DNA of 63,889 nt, the filler included, from Octopus bimaculoides (Eukaryota), in assembly GCF_001194135.2 (NCBI RefSeq). It is 6 parts of 6 records of this genome, joined end to end, with 100 filler letters (N's around TTAATTAATTAA, not from the genome) between each part and the next. Parts side by side here need not be neighbours in the genome. Positions count along the whole stretch, not along the records: positions 3,206 to 27,549 come from NW_026329821.1; positions 27,650 to 44,056 come from NC_068997.1; 4 more parts are not named here. One strand, 5' to 3'. Position numbers and translations under genes: made by a program. The notes beneath the pieces are model-generated. The model did no database searches and was not told the origin of the DNA. It saw only the letters and a program-made list of their open reading frames with translations. Shown here one piece after another: positions 23,527-34,541 of the stretch; position 1 is the stretch's first letter, and each line of letters begins with the position of its first letter.

Positions 23527-23800
23527 TGTAGGCGCAGGAGTGGCTGTGTGGTAAGAAGCTTGCTTCCAAACCATATGGTTTCGGGTTGAGTCACACTGCG
23601 TGGCACCTTGGGCAAGTGTCTTCTACTATAGCCTCAGGCAGACCAAGGCCTTGTGAGTGGATTTGGTAGATGGAAACTGAGAGAAACCCGTCGTTTATGT
23701 GTATATATATATATGTGTGTGTGTGTGTATACATGTATAAATATATACTCTTTTACTTTTTCGGTCATTTGACTGTGGCCATGCTGGAGCACCGCCTTTA
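23527..23800. mobile_element. SINE A 5' half (plus) followed by a SINE A tail fragment (minus)
   Basis: Head at 23530; TCATTTGACTGTGGCCATGCTGGAGCACC at about 23765. Confidence 0.75.
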
Positions 23801-24189
23801 AAAAAATTATATATATATATGCATATATACAAACATATATGTACATACCGTCACACTGTATCACGCTGAATTTGTTTGTTCTCTGATAAATGTTTTTTTT
23901 ATATACATAGATGGATATGTGTTTGTGTGTGTGTATATATGTGTGTCTACATATATATGTATATATATATATATATATATNNNNNNNNNNNNNNNNNNNN
24001 NNNNNNNNNNNNNNNNNNNNNNNNNNNNNNNNNNNNNNNNNNNNNNNNNNNNNNNNNNNNNNNNNNNNNNNNNNNNNNNNNNNNNNNNNNNNNNNNNNNN
24101 NNGGCTCCTTGCTGTGCTCAAGAAGACTCGTGTTTCTCATAGAATTGTTAAAGCTACGTCCTCTGGTGGAGAGGATTGATCTGGGAATT

Positions 24190-24421
24190 CTTGTGTCGGT
24201 GCCACGAAAAGACACTCATGCCAGTGACTTGTAATAAGACTCATGTTGGTGCCACCTGAAAAGCACCTGGCACACATTGTAAAGTGGTTGGTGTTAGGAA
24301 GGGCATCCAGCCGTAGGGACCAAGTTAAATCAGACTGGAACCTAGTGCTGCCCCCTTGCTTTCTAACCCCTGTCGAACCATCTAACCCATGCCAACATGG
24401 AAAACGGACGTTAAAGGATGG

Positions 24422-24452
<31 letters not shown>

Positions 24453-24460
24453 AATGATGA
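24190..24460 (+). mobile_element. Family D retroposon 3' end
   Basis: GTGGTTGGTGTTAGGAAGGGCATCCAGCCGTAG...CATGGAAAACGGACGTTAAA plus (GAT)n. Confidence 0.75.
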
Positions 24461-24507
24461 AATGTCTTTTTTTATTCTTGTTAATTGTCTTCTTCCTCTA
24501 ATTACAG

Positions 24508-26106
24508 GTGAATGGTCAACGAGACATAGGACACACCTGCCAATGGAAAGAATCTCTGGGAAATCGTCAGATGGAAAACCTGAAGTTGACGGATGTGATA
24601 TCCCGCCAGGGTCCTCGACCTGCTTTCCAAGAACTCTATTTGTACTTCAAACAACAACATCTGCGGGAACTAATGTCAAGGAGTGCCTATCTACGCTCCG
24701 AAGTGTTTGCCACGAGTAAAATGGTTTCATTCTTAACTCATGGCAAGTCTCTTAGATACGACTATCAGAAACAGTTTGACACCTGGAACCGATATTGGAG
24801 CAGAAATCAGACAGCAGCTGTATCTGAAAGCTTTCTGGATGACGATACCCATTGGAAGTACACAAACGACCGCTACATCTACACAACCTATAACATACAT
24901 AAATCACCAGTGCAGAAATTGTTTTTCAAAGGCACTTTGAGACTTCTAGAGGATTCTTTGAATAATTTGTTTCACGAACTGAATTTCATGTCTCCTTTTC
25001 TGGAGAGCGTCAAGTTCCATCACTCTTACCAACACTTCTCACCGCTGTTCGGAGTGTGGCATTTTGTGAATGTTATCGCCTCCAGCAGTAACATGACGGT
25101 AAGTAAAAACACCACCACCAACAACAACAACAACAACAACAACAACAGCAGTGACAGGGGTAGGAACATTATGGCAGCAGTGACGGACAGGAAACTAGCC
25201 AATTTGATGTTTTTGACAGCTGAAAAATTCCGTCAACTTCAAGTGACCGAGTTCTCGAACTGGAGCGATCAGACATTTTTTTCATCGTCCTCATCATATT
25301 CATCATCATTGACCAGTGAACACATCAGCATTATAGTACCGGTGGCTGGACGAGATGACGCTTTTAACCGTTTCCATGCAATGTTACGCCCAGTTCTTGC
25401 CAACGACACAAACATCAGTTTCATATTCATCATATTTATTCAGGCAGGAAACAACGACAAAATAACGTTCATCAACCAACTACAATTGGAGTATCCGCAT
25501 GTTTCTATCCGCTCGGTGTTTAGAAGAACGACGTTTTCCCGAGCCGAAGCCCTGCAGATCGGAGTCAGTCTTGTCGAGCATGACGACGTCATCTTGTCGT
25601 TCATGGACATCGATATGGTGTTCACGAGTTCGTTTCTCGCCCGTGTCAGACAATTCACGGTCAGGCACCAGCGAGCGTATTTCCCAATCTACTTCAGTCA
25701 ATACGCGTCAGCCGACAAATGCGATCCGAGGTACCCTGCCCTGTGCGCCCCATTTCGCTTCCGACCCGACGACGGCTTCTGGCGCTTCTACGGTTACGGT
25801 ATGGCGTCCATTTACAAAAGTGACTTCCTGTCGGTGGGGGGTTATGATCTAAAGATCAAGGGCTGGGGGTTGGAAGATTTGAAATTGTATGAAACTTGCA
25901 TCAATAAAAACATGGAGGTGTTTCGAGCACCGGACCCAGGACTTGTACATATCTACCACAGCAAGAGCTGTTCCCCTTCGTTAGCAGCCAATCAGTACAG
26001 CATGTGCCAGGAAACCAAATTCAGTATTTACCTGCATGAACACACTTCAGCTGAACTGGTCTACGGAGAGCAGGAGTTGATAGATCGAACCCCACCGTGG
26101 AAATAA
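24508..26106 (+). CDS. CHSY-like gene B, terminal exon with an intact GT7/CHGN GalNAc-transferase domain
   Basis: Acceptor ATTACAG|GTG, phase 0; 532 codons to TAA. Motifs IIVPVAGR, FSRAEAL, FMDIDMVF (DxD), YFPIYFSQY, GFWRFYGYG, GGYDLKIKGWGLED and FRAPDPGLVHIYH match CHSY/CSGalNAcT. Confidence 0.95.
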   Translation: MNGQRDIGHTCQWKESLGNRQMENLKLTDVISRQGPRPAFQELYLYFKQQHLRELMSRSAYLRSEVFATSKMVSFLTHGKSLRYDYQKQFDTWNRYWSRNQTAAVSESFLDDDTHWKYTNDRYIYTTYNIHKSPVQKLFFKGTLRLLEDSLNNLFHELNFMSPFLESVKFHHSYQHFSPLFGVWHFVNVIASSSNMTVSKNTTTNNNNNNNNNSSDRGRNIMAAVTDRKLANLMFLTAEKFRQLQVTEFSNWSDQTFFSSSSSYSSSLTSEHISIIVPVAGRDDAFNRFHAMLRPVLANDTNISFIFIIFIQAGNNDKITFINQLQLEYPHVSIRSVFRRTTFSRAEALQIGVSLVEHDDVILSFMDIDMVFTSSFLARVRQFTVRHQRAYFPIYFSQYASADKCDPRYPALCAPFRFRPDDGFWRFYGYGMASIYKSDFLSVGGYDLKIKGWGLEDLKLYETCINKNMEVFRAPDPGLVHIYHSKSCSPSLAANQYSMCQETKFSIYLHEHTSAELVYGEQELIDRTPPWK

Positions 26107-26141
26107 ATCATGCACAAAGAAATGCACTCACACGTGCACAG

Positions 26142-26960
26142 ATTGAATTGTGGCCATGCTGGGGCATCGCTTTGAAGGGATTTAGCAAAAAGAAAAAATC
26201 AATTCCCAGTTCTTCGTTTCCTTTCTTTTTGTTTTATTCTATCAGTTCCCTTTTGCTGAACAGCAAGGTCGTGCAGACAAGAGTGTTCTACTATATCCTG
26301 AGGCCAACCAAAGCCTTGTGAGTGGATTTGGTCGGCTGAAACTGAAAGAAACCTGTCATATATATATGTGTNNNNNNNNNNNNNNNNNNNNNNNNNNNNN
26401 NNNNNNNNNNNNNNNNNNNNNNNNNNNNNNNNNNNNNNNNNNNNNNNNNNNNNNNNNNNNNNNNNNNNNNNNNNNNNNNNNNNNNNNNNNNNNNNNNNNN
26501 NNNNNNNNNNNNNNNNNNNNNNNNATTGAATTGTGGCCATGCTGGGGCATCGCTTTGAAGGGATTTAGCAAAAAGAAAAAATCAATTCCCAGTTCTTCGT
26601 TTCCTTTCTTTTTGTTTTATTCTATCAGTTCCCTTTTGCTGAACAGCAAGGTCGTGCAGACAAGAGTGTTCTACTATATCCTGAGGCCAACCAAAGCCTT
26701 GTGAGTGGATTTGGTAGACGGAAACTGAAAGAAGCCTGTCGTATATATGTATATATATATGTATGTATATGTATGTGTTTGTGTGTCTGTGTTTGTCCCC
26801 CAACATCACTTGACAACTGATGCTGGTGTGTTTACGTCCCCGTAACTTAGCGGTTCGGCAAAAGAGACCGATAGAATAAGTACTTATATATATATATATA
26901 AGTACTGGGATCGATTTTTTTAACTAAAATTGTCCATTGTTATGCTCCAGCATGGCCACA
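26142..26960. repeat. Near-identical direct duplication across a gap, built from inverted SINE A pieces
   Basis: 26142-26351 is repeated from 26525 with a few differences near the first copy's gap-adjacent end. Each unit is a minus-strand SINE A tail joined to a plus-strand SINE A body; the second continues to a plus tail. Confidence 0.8.
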
Positions 26961-27549
26961 CTCAAGAGAGAGAGAGAGAGCGAGAAATACCTATCTCTCT
27001 ATCCATTTATCCGTCCAAGCATCCATCCAACCAGAGAAGCATCCACATCACATTAAATGCTATATATCTTCAAACGCGAGCCAGAAGGTTGGGTTTCAAT
27101 TCCTGGTGAGATTTAATTATTTTAATATATATTTTGTATATTTATATATGTTTTTGTGCATTTATTTATTGGAAATAAACAATTTATACAATTTTCTTGG
27201 CCATTCTGACATCTGTGCTTATCAACAACCGGGTGGATTGACCTGTACCAACTGCTTGGTACCTATAGAGAACCAGGTGGACTGTACACACCACATGGTA
27301 CCAATTGACGGTACTTGTCTCATGGTATCTATTTACAGCCAAGTAGACTCTACACATTGTGGTATGTGGTATGCATTGACAGCGAGTTGTGCAGTACCTA
27401 TGACGTAGAATCTATTTACTATCAAGGTGACTGTACCCCCAATAAATAGGATATTAAACCATCATTTGGGTAGCATGAATATTTGGTAGAATTTCAAACA
27501 ACTATTAATCGAACGTGGATGGCCACGCTTACGACGTCGAGGGTTCCAG

Positions 27550-27649
27550 NNNNNNNNNNNNNNNNNNNNNNNNNNNNNNNNNNNNNNNNNNNNTTAATTA
27601 ATTAANNNNNNNNNNNNNNNNNNNNNNNNNNNNNNNNNNNNNNNNNNNN
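27550..27649. other. Artificial scaffold spacer
   Basis: 44 N + TTAATTAATTAA (27594-27605) + 44 N. Confidence 0.95.
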
Positions 27650-27784
27650 CGGTAAAAAGAGACCGATAGAATAAGTACTAGGCTTACAAAGAATAAATCC
27701 TGGGGTCGATTTCCTCGACTAAAAGGCGGTGCTCCAGCATGGCCGCAGTCAAATGACTGAAACAAGTAAAAGAGTAAAAGAGTA

Positions 27785-27785
<1 letters not shown>
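27650..27785 (+). mobile_element. SINE family A tail
   Basis: GATAGAATAAGTACTAGGCTTACAAAG...GAAACAAGTAAAAGAGTAAAAGAGTA. Confidence 0.85.
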
Positions 27786-27815
<30 letters not shown>

Positions 27816-28354
27816 TATGTTAATATTATCTTGGTTGTAATGTAAATATGATAATAGTTACCAGGGTAGCAAAAATCACACAAAAACTGGGATATTATAC
27901 CCGGTTAATGGGTAGAAATTCCATGTTAAAGTGATGTATTTTGAGTAGATATAAAGAATAATAATAAATGGAGCAAAACGCATATAATCAATAAGTTCCT
28001 TTAATTCCTACATATGTTTCAAAAATTATGTGCACTCTACTCCAAAGAAGTGAGAGGTGCTGGTATATACACGTAAATTCATCGTCAGGGAACCATTATA
28101 CAAAAGCAAGACATGCGCTAAATGCTATGGTTGCGTACGAGTAATAACACTATATAGCTAAGTTAAATGACCGTAGTAGTAATAGTAGTAGTAATAGTAA
28201 TATTATCATTGTTGTTGTTGTAATTTTGAAATAGGGATATAAGATACGAATTGATTTACATCAAAGTATAAAGAAATGTGTCTGAATATTCTAAATGATT
28301 TAGTCGAAAACTCTTACGTAACATTCTATTCCTTAAGCTTTAAACTATTCTTTT

Positions 28355-28562
28355 CTACTCTAGGCACAGGGCCAGAAATTTTGGGGGAGGGGGGCAGTCG
28401 ATTAGATCGACTCCAGTATGCAACTGGTACTTAATTTATCGACCTCGAAAGGATGAAAGGCAAAGTCGACCTCAGAGGAATTTGAACTCAGAACGTCAAG
28501 GCAGGCGAATTACTGCTCAGCATTTCGCCCGACGTGCTAACGTTTCTGCCAGCTCGCCGCCT
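28355..28562 (-). mobile_element. SINE family C, full length
   Basis: Reverse complement from TTTTCTACTCTAGGCACA to CTGCCAGCTCGCCGCC. Confidence 0.85.
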
Positions 28563-28829
28563 TTAAACTTTTAAATATTGTCACCATGTCACTTCTATTT
28601 TTGTAGTAGGTGTATCATATATTCTTAGTCTTAGGCCTGTCACGAACCCAAGGGCTCATTAACTCGGAGCTTAACCAGGGTATCATGACTTATAAGGCGA
28701 ACGAAAGTATAATACTGCACCACAACCTGAATGCGACACTAGTCCGTCACAGAGTTAACCCGTAGCAATTACTGCTACTCATTTTCAACTGAGCCGATTA
28801 GAGCAATGTAAAACGAAGTCGTTTGCAGA

Positions 28830-29130
28830 AGCCCGATCTAGAAATCGAAACCGTGACCTTACGATTGTCAGTTCAATGCCCTAGTCTTTTGCTCAAGCCA
28901 ATAATCTGCTGCCTGTTCTAGAAATCGAAACCGCGACCTTACGATCGTGTGTCTAATGCCTTGGTCTCCTGCTCAAGCCTATAATTCGTCGCCCTGTTAA
29001 GGAATCGAAATTGCAACCTCATGATTGTGAATCCAATGCTATCGTCTTTTGCCAATAAATGCATCGCCTAGTCTAGAAATCGAAGCAGCGACCTTACGAT
29101 CACGTGCTCAACGCCCTAACCAGGCAGCCA
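28830..29130 (-). repeat. Four tandem 75-80 bp units derived from a tRNA-SINE head
   Basis: GAAATCGAA-like cores at 28841, 28921, 29001 and 29076, each followed by a GACCTTACGAT-like motif; on the minus strand each reads as a B-box-like GGTTTCGATTTC. Confidence 0.7.
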
Positions 29131-29800
29131 CACTGACATCTTCCCATCGTGTATCACAGTTTCGTTATTTTGCTGCTATGTCTCTGCTCCAGTGAACAAA
29201 ACATTGCAGTGCTGCTTATCGCGTGACCGACGGTTTTAGTTACTAGGTTGCGGCCATGCTGAGGCACCATCTTTAAAAGTCTAGATGTCACATCAACCAC
29301 TCCCTGTAATTATTTTGTTTTACGATATGTGATTCCTTTATCGATATCCAACCACTATGTTTTGGGACATTAACAAACAAATATAAATACAGGGACCGAC
29401 ACATACATAATGGGTTTCCGTACAGTTTCTATATACTAAATCCATTCACAAGGAATTAGTTGATCTGAAGCTATAGTAGTTGTTTAGGTTGCCACACAAT
29501 GAAATCGAACCCGAAACCAAGTAGTTGTGAAACGAACTGCTTAACTGCACAGCTTTACCTGTAACTGTTGCTAGAAGGTTCTCCAGATATTCTACTAAAA
29601 GCAGGGTAAAAAGCCAAATTTACAAAAAATAGTTATGTTTTGATTTACGGTAAATCGAATTAATAAAGACATCACTAAAAAAAAAAAAAAAATCACACAA
29701 TCGATGTTGTTCTCAAAATTGAAACATCTTTTTTTTCTATTTAAATGACATAAACCTGAATTTGTTTTCGAAAAAAGTAAAATTTGAACCATCGGATAAG

Positions 29801-29872
29801 AGGTCCTACCGAGATTCGAACTCGGATCGCTGGATTCAAAGTCCAGAGTGCTAACCATTACACCATAGGACC
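29801..29872 (-). tRNA. tRNA-Gln (anticodon TTG)
   Basis: GGTCCTATGGTGTAATGGTTAGCACTCTGGACTTTGAATCCAGCGATCCGAGTTCGAATCTCGGTAGGACCT: 72 nt, paired acceptor stem, intact A and B boxes, near-identical to eukaryotic tRNA-Gln; T4 and T6 runs downstream. Confidence 0.97.
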
Positions 29873-30143
29873 AGATCTGTCCGCCGGTTTAGCTAATATG
29901 CATTTTATTCTTTTATGTACACACAACCCCCCCCCTCCTACGCTTATATGATATATATATATATATATGTGTGTTTGTGGGTGTGTATGTATGTATGCTG
30001 CATTTATGCAAACATGTGTGCGCATCTATATGCATACATACACATTTATTTGTCTATTTGCTTATCTCTCACTCTCTGGTCTCTTACGTTTTCTCTCTCT
30101 CTCTCTCTTACGATTTCTCTTTCTTTCTTTCTCTCTCTCTCTC

Positions 30144-30222
<79 letters not shown>

Positions 30223-30339
30223 TGTGTGTGCGTGCGTATATTTACATATGTATATATATATCATATAACAAAAAACAGCTGATCGAGTCAGCGGTGTTAT
30301 TTAGAGTTACCTCCCCGTTATTTACATTTTCCGATAGAA

Positions 30340-30443
30340 ATGGCGGCTACCTTAGACAGCATCGTTGATACTGACAGCGAGGACGAACTGCCCCCAGGAT
30401 GGGAGGAAAGGGTCACCTTCGAAGGAAAAGTCTACTATGCCAA
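30340..30443 (+). CDS. WWOX: WW domain-containing oxidoreductase, first coding exon
   Basis: [34 protein letters not shown] then AA|GTGAGT. Matches the remembered WWOX N-terminus ([26 protein letters not shown]) with a phase-2 intron at the same place. Missed by the ORF track. Confidence 0.93.
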
Positions 30444-30859
30444 GTGAGTGGACATTCTCTACTCTATCTTTCCTCACTTTATTTCCACCCAATTCCGTTC
30501 TTCCCAGTAAAACAAACTGTCCCATTCGGACGCCAGGTTCATGCGTTGTCTTTGTTTATCATTCCCCGAAAGGGAGGATTCAAGACATGTTTTTCACTTT
30601 TCTTTGCTTGTTTCGACTATTTTCTACTCAACGAGACATGTAAAGAATATAATATGGATGTAGCTGTGTCTATTTGACTTGTAATCTCTGCGAATGTCGA
30701 CTACGGAATGTAAACAGTTGTTTCGTTCATCTTACGTTGTGTATGTTATACACACCTCGTTCTATATACTATGTACTATATACTATACAATGCGATACAA
30801 CCACACACACACACACTCATATTCATGTGTGTGTGTATGCTGCGTTTGTGTAAATGTGT

Positions 30860-31170
30860 GCGTATGTATAAAAACAAACATCTATGCAATACCACACAAT
30901 ATCACATCATACTACACATTGCTCTTTGCGGCACTGTACTACACCACGCTGCACTATGCTGTATAACACTGCACTTACCATCTTATTCTATGCCACACTA
31001 TATTACGCTACACTACACTATACTATACTATGCTGAGCTCTACTACATTGCATTACACAGGGCTCTATGTTATAGTACCACATAGTACTATACTATGTCC
31101 CAACACTATGTAACTTACTATTCTACACTGTACTATGACATACTGCGATACACTGACGTATACTATAGTA
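30860..31170. repeat. Degenerate (ACTAT)n-like low-complexity tract
   Basis: Recurring ACACTATACTATAC / CACTAC / TACTATG units. Confidence 0.7.
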
Positions 31171-31650
31171 CAGGGTGGTCCGANNNNNNNNNNNNNNNNN
31201 NNNNNNNNNNNNNNNNNNNNNNNNNNNNNNNNNNNNNNNNNNNNNNNNNNNNNNNNNNNNCCGAAAGTCTTGTTACCCCCTACATATTGTTTATTAATAA
31301 TTATTATTTTTTTGTTTTAGCACAACCCCCCCCCCCATGTAATGATTTGGGCCGCCATATCGAGTAAGGACCTGATAGGACCCTATTTCTTCGAGGACAC
31401 TGTTAATCAGCAGTCTTACTTGGTCCTATTAAGGGAGTAATTTGTTCCACAGCTCTAGAGGTTGGATGTTCACCTGAATGATTGTTGGTTTCAACAAGAT
31501 GGTGCCTCACTCCATTATGCTATCACTGTCCGGAAATGCCTAAATGAAGTTTTTTGGGATAGATAGATAGGGCAAGAATTGCAATAACTTCCAGCACCTG
31601 TCGATTGGCCTCCCAGAAGTCCAGACCTCACATGAACGGTACCAGAATAC
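31171..31650 (+). mobile_element. Tc1/mariner-superfamily transposase relic
   Basis: TA|CAGGGTGGTCC terminus; IGPYFFEDTVN...WFQQDGAS.H..TVR..LN.VF...DWPPRSPDLT with stops. Confidence 0.82.
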
Positions 31651-32254
31651 CCGTCAGTTGAAGGACACCATTCGGAGAACCTTTGCATCAGTCAACAAAG
31701 CACAGCTTCGTAAAATATCATGCCAGACATGTCGCCACATCATCGTGTTCGTACAGACCTCCTCGATGTGTGACAGCGTCAATGGAAGGGAATAAACAGG
31801 AAGGGAATCCAACTGTCAAAAATATGCTGCAACAAATTCTGTCCGACCCATGTGGGCATAGAACAGCAGACATTAAAACTTTGATGATGAAGCTCTTTGG
31901 TACCTAATCCCTACCCAAACAGGTACTTTCAAGTGCAGTTGGAGTACCACACCTTGCCATCGGTACCACTCACATCAATAACACCAATTCTGTCATTGGA
32001 CCCTGTATCTCACCAAACTTCAGCTTCACATTTACCAACATCATAATACTGCACTGCATTTCTTTGGAAACGTCTACTTCAGTAAAAATCTGTCTGTCAT
32101 CTAGGTGATCACTTGATCGTCCAGATCAAGAGATCAATAACAGCATTCTTCAGTGCATACCTGGCCTTTCTCGTGGTTCACCATTCCAACACGGCCCACC
32201 ACCACACTGTCGAGCACCTCTTGATGTTCAGTATTTCTGCCAACCATGGATCTG

Positions 32255-32637
32255 TTTGTTGGCACTCCGTTGCTTACGACGTTGAGTGTTTCAGTTGATC
32301 CGATCAACGGAACAGCCTGCTCGTGAAATTAACGTGCAAGTGGCTGAGCACTCCACAAACACGTGTAGCCTTAACGTACTTCTCTGGGATATTCAGTGTG
32401 ACACAGTATGACAAGGCTGACCCTTTGAATTACAGGCACAACAGAAACAGGAAGTAAGAGTGAGAGAAAGTTGTGGTGAAAGAGTACAGCAGGGTTCACC
32501 ACCATCCCCTGCTGGAGCCTCGTGGAGCTTTTAGGTGTTTTCGCTCAATAAACACTCACAACGCCCGGTCTGGGAATCGAAACCGCGATCCTATGACCAC
32601 GAGTCCGCTGCCCTAACCACTGGGCCATTGTGCCTCC
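32255..32637 (-). mobile_element. SINE family B, full length
   Basis: Head on minus GGAGGCACAATGGCCCAGTGG (A box) and GGTTTCGATTCCC (B box); tail GGAGTGCCAACAA. Confidence 0.9.
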
Positions 32638-33489
32638 ACTATGGATCTGTATATTCTAAGAGACACAAAAAACACATCATATTTCTCCTGTTCACTTGGA
32701 GCAGATTCTTCCTGAGGCTGAAACAAACCTCCTGCTCCTCCTCTTGCTCTTCTTCTCCTCTTCCTCCCCCTCCTCACCTTTTGCTTTTGTTTTTTATTAA
32801 GCATGCTTCCTCAATGATTGTTTATCGCTTCCTGCACTTATGTTATCTCACCAACCTGATAAAAAAACTCCCCATTATTTGTGGTCACATGGATTTCAAT
32901 ATCTGCATATCCATTTGTCCACTTGACCTATTTCTGTGACCTAGTTCATATTAACCTTTCATCTGCTTGGGTCCTAGTTGCGACTGCAAGCTTCTCTGTT
33001 TATAGCATTCTATTGGTCCCTGTCTTTTAAAAGCCATCCCTGCCTCCTTACCACTACTTTACTCCTCTCCTCCCTCTTTCCGATGGATACCCCCTTCTCA
33101 CCCTTGCACAATTAAACACTCACTACTCCCCCCACTTCTTGTCTCTTTCTCCTTAGTCCTCCCTTCTTTTATGGAAGGTCTCACCTTTTCTCTTCTCCCA
33201 TACACCTCTACACACCCACACTCACAGTTCATCTACACCCCTCCCACCTATTCCCTTCTACTCACCTGAAACCTTGAGGGTCCACACAGATACCTTAACA
33301 TCTCTACTTTTATTTTTTCCCCTCTCCACCTTCATCACTCCCTCTCTTTTCTAATGTGAGTAACCATGTAACTCCTCTGCAGTAAGAAATCTGTTGTAAT
33401 CCGAGGCCCCTTCTCTCATACTTTTACTCCTCATTTACCCTTCATCTGTTAGCATAAAACCATCTCCCTTGGGGCTCATAGTCTTACAA

Positions 33490-33670
33490 GCTGCATGGCA
33501 ACCACACTAGTGCCGGTGCCACAAAAAAGAAGCACCCACTACACACTACACAATGGTTGGCATTAAGAAGAGCGTCCAACCATGGAAACCATGCCAGAGT
33601 TTACAACGGAGCATGATGCACTCCTTGGGCCATCTAACCCTGTCTGCTTTTAAATGAGGATAATGATGAT
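33490..33670 (+). mobile_element. Family D, decayed 3' end
   Basis: TAGTGCCGGTGCCAC...AAGCACCC...TGGTTGGCATTAAGAAG and a GATGAT tail. Confidence 0.6.
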
Positions 33671-33789
33671 GTGTCTGAAATATCAGAAGTTTCCATTCAC
33701 CATGGTATACTAACTTTCAATAATTTTAATATTAATATTAAAATACAATGTTTAATTAGGCCATCACACTGTACTCCATTCAACCAATG

Positions 33790-33950
33790 AGACGTACAGT
33801 GTAGTCACACACAATACCGCGAGAACTACGTTAAGGCTACACGTGTCTATGGAGTGCTCAGCCACTTGCACGTTAATTTCATGAGCAAGCTGTTCTATTG
33901 ATTGTATCAGCTGGGACCCTCGTTGTCGTTACTGACGAAATGCTCCTATG
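33790..33950 (+). mobile_element. SINE family B 3' fragment
   Basis: GAGAACTACGTTAAGG...GTGCTCAGCCACTTGCACGTTAATTTC. Confidence 0.75.
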
Positions 33951-34479
33951 TATAGTAAATATAAACACCAAAATATAATAAAACACCCAAGTAACGAACC
34001 CAGTTAATATTATTAGACTGAAGGAAAGAATAAAAGTTCTTTAGAGTAAAAGTTACAACGCTTTAGATATGGTCCTTCGTTGAATACAAGAAGAACGTCC
34101 AGGAGAGAGTGGGACAGGAAGAATGAGAGAATGGTAATTGTCAATGTATTTCTGTAGAACTACTTTCCATGAGGCATTCATATCTACTGTTACCTGTGAC
34201 ACCCACGACATGATTTAGTTATTTTGTTTTTTTGGTTCTTTGTGTTACAGAACAATATCGAGTTTGTTTTTGTTGAGAGAGAAAAAACCAATAGCTTTAT
34301 TTCAAGTCGTTAAAAAGTCTGGATACATTCTTTGTTTGAGATGAAGTCTTTTGATATTTCCATTCGCACAATCCTTCCTCTGAGTTGTGTTCTATATCAT
34401 CGGATATTATGTCTTCATGTCTCACAGACATGAAATACTTTGAAGACTTCTGGTTTTTGACAGATTTCATATACATAAA

Positions 34480-34541
<62 letters not shown>

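Noticed and set aside
19909-26106. Calling CHSY-B a CHPF orthologue
   Set aside because: It keeps the C-terminal DxD (DID) and GWGLED motifs that CHPF lacks, so no gene symbol is assigned.
26318-26704. Duplicated ORF IELWPCWGIALKGF as a tandem gene
   Set aside because: SINE A-derived sequence repeated across a gap; probably unmerged overlap or haplotype.
30365-30677. ORF-track frames over the WWOX start
   Set aside because: Wrong frames; the real exon starts at ATG 30340 and splices at 30443.
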